DNA of 64,000 nucleotides from Eledone cirrhosa (lineage: Eukaryota), in the NCBI GenBank assembly GCA_964016885.1, contig OZ024762.1, positions 14,942,001 to 15,006,000 of the forward strand. The letters run 5' to 3'. The notes below the pieces were generated by a model that was not told the origin of the DNA, made no database searches, and worked only from the letters and a program-made list of their open reading frames with translations. The position numbers and the translations under genes were made by a program. Shown here piece after piece: positions 54,800 to 64,000 of the stretch; position 1 is the first letter of the stretch; each line of letters opens with the position of its first letter.

Positions 54800-55212
54800 A
54801 TTTCATTTCTGAATTTGTTTAGCAAGATTCTTTATCTGGAAACGTGTGTTGAAACCGATATTGTTATGCTTTGGGAGGGTCATGTTGCCAATAAGAAACA
54901 CACGCACCAGTTGCTTTCACTCCAATTTATTATAAATTAAATTCATAAATTTAAGAATTTATAAATTTCCGGTTGGTTGGTTGGTTCCACAACCAGACGA
55001 TTGTTCATATATTGTCAAAGTTCTTTCGTCACACATTCTGTGACCTCTTCAGTGACTGGGGATTCTTTTCTTTGACAATATATGAACAATCGTCTGGTTG
55101 TGGAACCAACCAACCAACCGGAAATTTATAAATTTAATTTATAATAAATTGGAGTGAAAGCAACTGCTGCGTGTGTTTCTTATTGGCAACATGACCCTCC
55201 CAAAGCATAACT
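54800..55212. mobile_element. Family E fold-back with hammerhead in the loop (55014-55056, minus)
   Basis: ~145-bp inverted arms; gtca-CTGAAGA-g-gtcaca-gaatg-tgtgac-GAAAgaacTT-tgac. Confidence 0.8.
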
Positions 55213-55635
55213 ATATATATATATATATATGTGTGGAGGCACATGGCTTAGTGGTTAGAGCATTGGCCTTGCAATCAAAAGGTTGTGAGTTTAATTCTCA
55301 GACCGGGTAATGTGTTGTTTCCTTGAGCAAGACACTTTATTTCACATTGCTCCAGTTTACTCAGCTGTAGAAATGAGATGATAGGGACTGGAGTCCATAT
55401 CATTCCACTGTAAAGTGGTCGTGGAGGTGCCACGGCAAAAAAGCACCCAGCACTCACTGTAAATGAGGTTGGTGTTAGGAAGGGCATCCAGCTGTAGAAA
55501 TCAAGCCAGAATCAGTTCCCGTCCCACCCTTGCAAGCAGGGAAAAGCGGATGTAAAATGAAATGATGATGATATACATACATATACATGTATTTATATAC
55601 ATATATTTATATATATATATACATATGCATGTATT

Positions 55636-55666
<31 letters not shown>

Positions 55667-58600
55667 CATCATCGTCATTTAACGTCATAGACATAATGTA
55701 GTGGAAAGCAACGGAGTGAATCATCAATTGTGTGTGTATGTATGTGTGCGGCTATGTAACATAGCAGTTTGACTGTGACTGCGATCAATAGAATAAGCAC
55801 TAGATTTGAAAAAAATCAATGTTAATGTCGACGTGATCGGCTGAATCCATGTATAGAGGTGCTCCAGCATGGCCACAGTCTAATGATTGAAACTAGTGGA
55901 AGAGAAGAGTAGTTGTAATAATATTCATATATACACCCCCAACCCACTACTCCTCCATCCTCCGACTCCCCCCTAACACCACCCCTTTCTCTGTAAAGTT
56001 ATGTTGGTACCACAACATCCAGTCCAAACTAATGAGGTCATGTAGGTGTCACGACAAAAAAACACAGTCCACGCTGTAATGTGACCGTGTAGGTAACACG
56101 GTAAAAAGTTCCCAGTTCCACACTGTAAGTGTGGTTGGTGTTAGAAAGGGCATCCAGCCGTAGAAAACCCTGCCAGATATAGTTCTATATGAATGAGACA
56201 CAGTCTCCCGACCAATCTTGCCTCAAGTGGGACAACTCCCATCTAACCCATGCTAGCGTGGAAGATAGATGTTTAACGAAGATGTCGATGATTTTTTTTT
56301 TATTAAGGATTTTTTTCTGTTCATATATTACCATGTTAGATTTCCAATATTATCAGTGTACAATGTTTGATAACAATAACCAGTTGTTGGCATTGTCTGT
56401 GATTATAATAAGTTGCTTTCACTGTCTTGTTTTTCCTCCAATACATATAAATCTTCTTAATGCTGTTTGCATTAACTCTTAATATCCTTTTCCACATGAA
56501 ATAGCATTAATAAGAACTTTTTGAAAGGTACAAAAAAAAAACATAAAACATTTGTATCATATTAATCCTAAATTTACTATTATATTTTCACGGTAAAGGC
56601 TTTACCCCACATAATATCGAATCTCTGAAATTTTGATATTTATTTTGAGAACACCACCTTAACATTGCAGCCGGTTTGAAGAGAAAGAGGTGAGAGAATT
56701 CTGGCCAATTTAAATGCTAAAGGGCTAATGGTGGATAGATTGTTGAGAAAATTTGGTCTTTTGTAATTTTCAAGAATGTTTTGCTAATGAGTTTCACATA
56801 GTTTGTTAAGCCAAATGTTTGTAGAAGCTTTAATAGTGGACAGATCATTGTGAAAATTCGCAGTAAACTAAAAGCACATATTTAAACTGGCTGTATCCGG
56901 CCAGAATTCTCTTGCCTCTTTCTGTTCAAACCAACCACTCATACTGATGTTATGGTTTTGTTCTCAAAATAAATAATATCAAAATCTCATAGATTCAATA
57001 TTATGTAAGATAAAGATTTTACCACAAAAATACACTTAGCATATATAGAGTAAAACCAGACGTATCCAGCCAGAATTCTTTCACCTCTTTCTGTTCAAAT
57101 CGGTTGTAACTGGCCACTCATATATATCATCATTTCATTTTACGTCCGCTTTTTCCCTGCTTGCAAAGGTGGGACGGGAACTGATTCTGGCTTGATTTCT
57201 ACAGCTGGATGCCCTTCCTAACACCAACCTCATTTACAGTGAGTGCTGGGTGCTTATTTGCCGTGGCACCTCCACGACCACTTTGCAGTGGAATGATAGG
57301 GACCCCAGTCTCTATCATCTCATTTCTACAGCTGAGTAAACTGGAGCAATGTGAAATAAAGTGTCTTGCTCAAGGAAACAACACATCACCCGGTCTGAGA
57401 ATTGAACTCACAACCTTTTGATTGCAAGGCCAATGCTCTAACCACTAAGCCATGTGCCTCCATATATGTTAATGCTAAAGAGTTAAAGATACTACAAACA
57501 TTCGAATAAACAAACCCATGTCTTTTTAGCTATCTTCTGCTAAATCATTACAGAATGTTAAGTACATTAATACGATCTGTCTCTCTGTCTCACTACATAG
57601 TTATTTTTACATTAAATATGTTAACATTTAACTTAAATATTTACGTCTGTCTATCACACCACATAGCTATTTATAATTAGCTGTTTAATACTTGGTATAT
57701 TGAATGTGTTAAACTTATCTTTACTGTCTATCTACTTATGCTATCTACCTATCACATTCATACATCTATTCATCCATCCTATCTTTCCATTCATCCATCT
57801 ACCTATCTATCCATCCATCTACCTATCTGTCTATCTACCTATCTGTCTGTCTATCTATCTATCTATCTACTGAGGACAGATGCCTTTCTCTCCGGACAAC
57901 AATTGATTCCATTCTTTAAGTATCACTTTAGAAGGAGAATCAGGGTGGAGAGAGAGGCACTGCACCCCAGTAAATTTACTGAAAGGTGGGTGAATGAAGC
58001 GAAAATGGCCCGAGTGATTGGGCCTTCTCTGTTTATAAGCCTGTAGGTTGAGGAAGAGAGCAAAAGGAAGAAAGGAGCACTTGCACAACACGCTCCTTGA
58101 GTTGAGGGTTGTTCTATCGACGGGGTATTAAACAACCCATTTGTGGCGCCTCCCCCCTATTGGGGATTTCGATTGTTGAAATTGTTTGTTTTTATATTTT
58201 TTACACGACTGTATGTAAAATCCCCGGCATGTCTTTGTATTGTCCCCTTTCTTGTTGCGCCCTTGTGGCTAATAAAGAAATCTATCTATCTATCTATTTA
58301 TTTTATTTTTATATTTTGTTATTGCCTCCTCCTTATTGAGGGCGCCTTGTTATGTAAACTCCCCCCATTGTACTTGTCCCACTTTTTGATGCCCTGGTGG
58401 CAAATAAAAAGAAAATTATCTATCTATCTAGCCATCTATCTATCCATCCATCTACCTATCTGTCTATCCATCCATCCATCTACCTATTTATATATCTATC
58501 TAGCCATCCATCTACCTATCTGTCTATCTACCCATCTATCTAGCTATTTATATATCTATCTAGCCATCCATCTACCTATCTGTCTATCTACCCATCTATC

Positions 58601-59039
58601 TAGCTATCTGTCTATCTACCCATCTATCTAGCTATTTATATATCTATCTAGCCATCTATCTTAACCCTTCACCATTTAAAATGGCCATATCCGGCCGGAA
58701 CTCTCTCACCTCTTTCTGTTCCAATCAGCTTCAATTGGCTGTTTATGCTGACATTTAGGTATTGTTCTCAAAATAAATAATAAAATTTCATAGATTCGAT
58801 ATTACGTGAGGTAAAGCCTTTACCATGAAAATACAATAGTATATATAAAGTAATGTAAATGTTAAAGGGTTAAGGCAGGAAATATTACAAAGCAGTTTGT
58901 GTTGATTAAATAACTCATAATATTTGTTCAGGCTCTGTGTTCTGGGTCTAATTAATGCCGAAGTCAACTTTGCCTCTAAACTCATCAGAGTTGGAATGGC
59001 TCTTCCAGCGCGTCTCACTCACCATCTGTCAGTGGGGGC

Positions 59040-59940
59040 GGCCTGTGATGTGGGGGTTTGGTTCCTTTGTGTTCAGACCTGGTGTATATTAGAGATGGGG
59101 AGAGACAGAGGCAGTGACAGTGGGAGTTTGGTTCCTTTATGTTCGGAGCTGGTGTACATGTGAGATGGGGAGAGCAGAAGAGACAGTGATGTGGGAGTTT
59201 GGTTCCTTTGTGTTCATACCTTGTGTATATTAGAGATGGGGAGAGACAGAGGCAGAGGCAGTGACAGTGGGAGTTTGGTTCCTTTATGTTCGGAGCTGGT
59301 GTACATGTGAGATGGGGAGAGCAGAAGAGACAGTGATGTGGGAGTTTCGTTCCTTTGTGTTCATACCTTGTGTATATTAGAGATGGGGAGAGGCAGAGGC
59401 AGAGGCAGTGGGAGTTTGGTTCCTTTATGTTCAGAGCTGGTGTACATGTGAGATGGGGAGAGCAGAAGAGACAGTGATGTGGGAGTTTGGTTCCTTTGTG
59501 TTCATACCTTGTGTATATTAGAGATGGGGAGAGACAGAGGCAGTGACAGTGGGAGTTTGGTTCCTTTATGTTCAGAGCTGGTGTACATGTGAGATGGGGA
59601 GAGCAGAAGAGACAGTGATGTGGGAGTTTGGTTCCTTTGTGTTCATACCTTGTGTATATTAGAGATGGGGAGAGACAGAGGCAGTGACAGTGGGAGTTTG
59701 GTTCCTTTATGTTCAGAGCTGGTGTACATGTGAGATGGGGAGAGCAGAAGAGACAGTGATGTGGGAGTTTGGTTCCTTTGTGTTCATACCTTGTGTATAT
59801 TAGAGATGGGGAGAGACAGAGGCAGTGACAGTGGGAGTTTGGTTCCTTTATGTTCAGAGCTGGTGTACATGTGAGATGGGGAGAGCAGAAGAGACAGTGA
59901 TGTGGGAGTTTCGTTCCTTTGTGTTCATACCTTGTGTATG
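59040..59940. repeat. 141-bp tandem repeat (about 6 units) built from two related ~70-bp subunits
   Basis: gagatggggagag..cagtg..gtgggagtttggttcctt occurs twice per unit; period 141 (59521 to 59662). Confidence 0.95.
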
Positions 59941-60523
59941 TGAATGTTTCACAACTACACACTAAAATATAAACCCTTAGTACCACCATCGTATCCATTT
60001 AAGAAGCCATTGATTGAAATGCAGTGTATTTTATTAGAAATGTGGTCAGGAAAAGAGTTAAATATGTTTAACACTAACTTAGACTTAGATATGATGTGTC
60101 TAATATATTTGACTATGTTGACTATGCTACCCATAACATTGGTGAAAGGTGAGTGTGGGGGGACATACTCTTGGACTGGTGAGGATTGGAATGTTTATGA
60201 CAGCTATCAAAGTTGATATCAAAGCAAACCTATTAAAGTTTTTCTCACCAAACTGGCTATAACATCCCCTCATTCTATGATATAAAACTGTTTAAGAGGG
60301 TGTTGTAGTTGGTTCGAAACACCGTGTGAAGTGTAGAAAATAGTGTGTTTTGTTAAAAGGCAAGGCTGCAACAATGCAAATTGGACATTAAATGTTAATA
60401 ATAAAGCTGTTGGGGGTGTTTAATATTCTTTAATATTTTAGCATAAGATCCCTTCATCGCAAGAAGAGATAAGGAAACTAATTTGGAACAGGATATCTTG
60501 GCATTCTTTAAATTCTGCTCCAA

Positions 60524-60614
<91 letters not shown>

Positions 60615-60783
60615 TACATTGTTAAATTCTGAGGAGTGCTGTTACAAAATATTGGAAATTGAATTTTCTGATAAATCCTATTGGACTAGCATTTCTAGAT
60701 TTTGTTTACCTGTAGATTGGCAAAACACCTGTCAATTATATAATAAATGTTAATCCTTTAACTGTGAAGTTGTTATATTCATG

Positions 60784-60819
<36 letters not shown>

Positions 60820-61067
60820 TGTGCCATCAGTTTTGTTATTTTTGTTTACCTTTTACACATACACATATATATAATGATAATAATAAATGGGAACAAAGAA
60901 TCAGTATTGCATCATATACATATTTAATTACATATTACATATGTTTCATTGCCTATCAGATCAAGGAATGTTCGTTCCTGACTCTGGAATTGGAAGCTCC
61001 TTGGATGTGTGTTCTAACATGTAGACATGTCCAAATGTTGTTGAATTGTTAATATATATTTATATAT

Positions 61068-61723
<656 letters not shown>

Positions 61724-62280
61724 AAAAAGTAAACAGAAATAACAAAACAAATGGCTCAGTACATGGAAGAAATATATTAGTTTAACGCTTGAAATAGCAG
61801 GAAAAGAGTCTTAACGTTTCAGGCTCTAGTATGTGTGTAATCTGTATGTATGTGTGTATTTATGTATCTGCGAATCTGTATATGTGTGTGTTTATTTCTG
61901 TGTGTCTATGTTTATTAGTATATTTATTTCTGTGTCTGTGTTTATATATATATACGTGTATATCTATGTGTATGTATCTGTGTGTGTGTTTATTAATATA
62001 TACATATAAATGTGTATACATATGTATGTGTCCGTATCTGTGTTTGTATGTATATTAATATATATCTCTATATGCCTGTATCTGTGTGAGTTTATTAATA
62101 TATATATACATGTGTATATATATATGTATATGTCCATATCTGTGTGTGTGCTTTAATATATACCTGTATATGTATGTGTCCTTATCATCACCATTAACGT
62201 TTAACGTCCGTGATCCACGCTTGCATGGGTTTGGACGGGGGTTTTCCCACTTGAGGCAAGAGTGATTATCTTGCTCGCAT

Positions 62281-62957
62281 AGGACTATCTGGCGGTTTTC
62301 TACAGCTGGATGCCCTTCCTAACACCAACCACATTTACAGTGTGGGGCTGGGAGGTTTTTACCGTGTTGCCTACACGGCCACATTACAGCGTGGACTGTC
62401 TGGCGGGTTTTCTACAGCTGGATGCCCTTCCTAACACCAACCACATTTACAGTGTGGGGCTGGGAGGTTTTTACCGTGTTGCTTACACGGCCCCATTACA
62501 GCGTGGACTGTCTGGCGGGTTTTCTACAGCTGGATGCCCTTCCTAACACCAACCACATTTACAGTGTGGGGCTGGGAGGTTTTTACCGTGTTGCCTACAC
62601 GGCCACATTACAGCGTGGACTGTCTGGCGGGTTTTCTACAGCTGGATGCCCTTCCTAACACCAACCACATTTACAGTGTGGGGCTGGGAGGTTTTTACCG
62701 TGTTGCTTACACGGCCCCATTACAGCGTGGACTGTCTGGCGGGTTTTCTACAGCTGGATGCCCTTCCTAACACCAACCACATTTACAGTGTGGGGCTGGG
62801 AGGTTTTTACCGTGTTGCCTACACGGCCACATTACAGCGTGGACTGTCTGGCGGGTTTTCTACAGCTGGATGCCCTTCCTAACACCAACCACATTTACAG
62901 TGTGGGGCTGGGAGGTTTTTACCGTGTTGCCTACACGGCCACATTACAGCGTGAACT
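62281..62957. repeat. 112-bp tandem array (6 units) from a SINE-like element, with alternating variants
   Basis: Period 112; gcctacacggccacat alternates with gcttacacggccccat. Confidence 0.95.
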
Positions 62958-63159
62958 GTGTGTTTTTTGTCCTTATCTATGTGTGTATTAATATATACCT
63001 GTTTATGTGTCTGTGTGTCCATATCTGTTTGTGTTTATTAATATATATATATGTGTGTGTTTATTAATGTGTGTGTGTGTGTGTGTTTATTAATATATGT
63101 GTGTTTATTAATGTGTGTGTGTGTGTATTATATTTACATCTCTTTTCTCCTCTTTCTAG

Positions 63160-63860
63160 TGGCAAAGGGTTTTTGAGATGTCAGACCCAAATGACCAACT
63201 CCACCCCACCATACCACCACCACCGCCTCCCCAGTATCTCAACACCGCCGTTGCCGCGGTAACCGCCGCCGGCCTCGTCGGTCCCCCGCCACCGACCGCC
63301 ATTGTCGGCGCCGTCGGCACGTTCAACAGCTACCGTCCGGCCGTCGCTGTCAACGCTGTTGGCGTGGTGGGGGGTGTGGGCGGTGCAGTGATCACTGCGG
63401 GGGGCTACAGGCCGGACTACAACGATGCCTACCGCACCGACTACAGCACGCCGACCAGCTGCCCCCCTCCTCCTGTCATCCCGGTCGGTATCGTGCCGGG
63501 GGGTGGCAGCAATGCCAACAACAGCATGGTCCAGTCTTCGGCAGCGGCAGCAGCAGCAGCCGCTGCTGCTGCTGCTGCTGCCGCCGCCGCGGCCGCTGCC
63601 TCCTCCAACGTCTCCATCTCTGCGCCCTCGTCGGGCAGCAACACTGTCAGCCCTCCCCCGCCCCCGCCGCCACCTCCCAGCGCCACCAGCCCCGCCACCA
63701 CCCTCAGTCCGACCACCATCACCACCAGCACCACCAGCGGCAATAGTAACTCTGGCTACGACACGGCCTACAGCGACAGTGATTACCGTGACGATTATAG
63801 CTACGACGACAGACATGGCTACCGGAAGGACTCGGAGTTCCGAGATAGGGACCGGGACAG
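63160..63860 (+). CDS. GC-rich coding exon of an unidentified protein (poly-Pro, poly-Ala, Ser/Thr-rich, ending in Asp/Tyr/Arg-rich RDRDR segment)
   Basis: Strong acceptor tcttttctcctctttctag| at 63159, in-frame ATG at 63178, donor cag|gtgagc at 63860/61 (phase 2). Abrupt GC and codon-bias shift relative to the flanks. Confidence 0.85.
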
Positions 63861-64000
63861 GTGAGCAGGTCTATTTTGTTATGTCTTTCTTTTGTTTTAT
63901 CTATTTCAAATACCACTTTGGAAGAAGAATCAGGATGGAGAGAGAGGTGCTGTACCCCAGCAAGTTTTATGAAAGGTGGGTGAAAGTGACGAGAATGGCC

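Noticed and set aside
59944-60216. 90-aa ORF with a good donor (aag|gtgagt near 60148)
   Set aside because: No convincing acceptor or recognisable protein; could be a UTR exon but unsupported.
63181-63816. Minus-strand 211-aa ORF
   Set aside because: Antisense shadow of the GC-rich plus-strand exon, which has the splice signals.

Overview
AT-rich, microsatellite- and transposon-dense animal DNA. The SINE/RTE repertoire resembles octopus/coleoid cephalopod genomes (inference from recalled repeat families, not a search). Two host genes are visible on the + strand. (1) The last four exons of a TPR-repeat protein gene (<1-113, 2405-2516, 3431-3692, 6056-6343; splice phases match; exon 2 is missed by the ORF track). 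(2) A GC-rich Pro/Ala/Ser-rich coding exon at 63160-63860. The roughly 57 kb between them is mostly LINE remnants (RTE, CR1, Tx1-like, RLE-type), two tRNA-derived SINE families, several MITE families, a decayed hAT transposase and tandem arrays. The most interesting signal is about 25 short inserts sitting in (TA)n tracts, from at least seven sequence families. They carry type I hammerhead-ribozyme folds, are often arranged as fold-back inverted duplications, and include two non-canonical catalytic cores (conserved U4A; U3-A8). They look like Penelope-like-element terminal repeats or retrozyme-like non-autonomous elements. A 3.6-kb, 41-bp satellite has expanded in place from inside the hAT transposase coding sequence. 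Most ORFs in the track are translations of microsatellites, tandem repeats or LINE antisense strands. Repeat boundaries were read by eye and are approximate.
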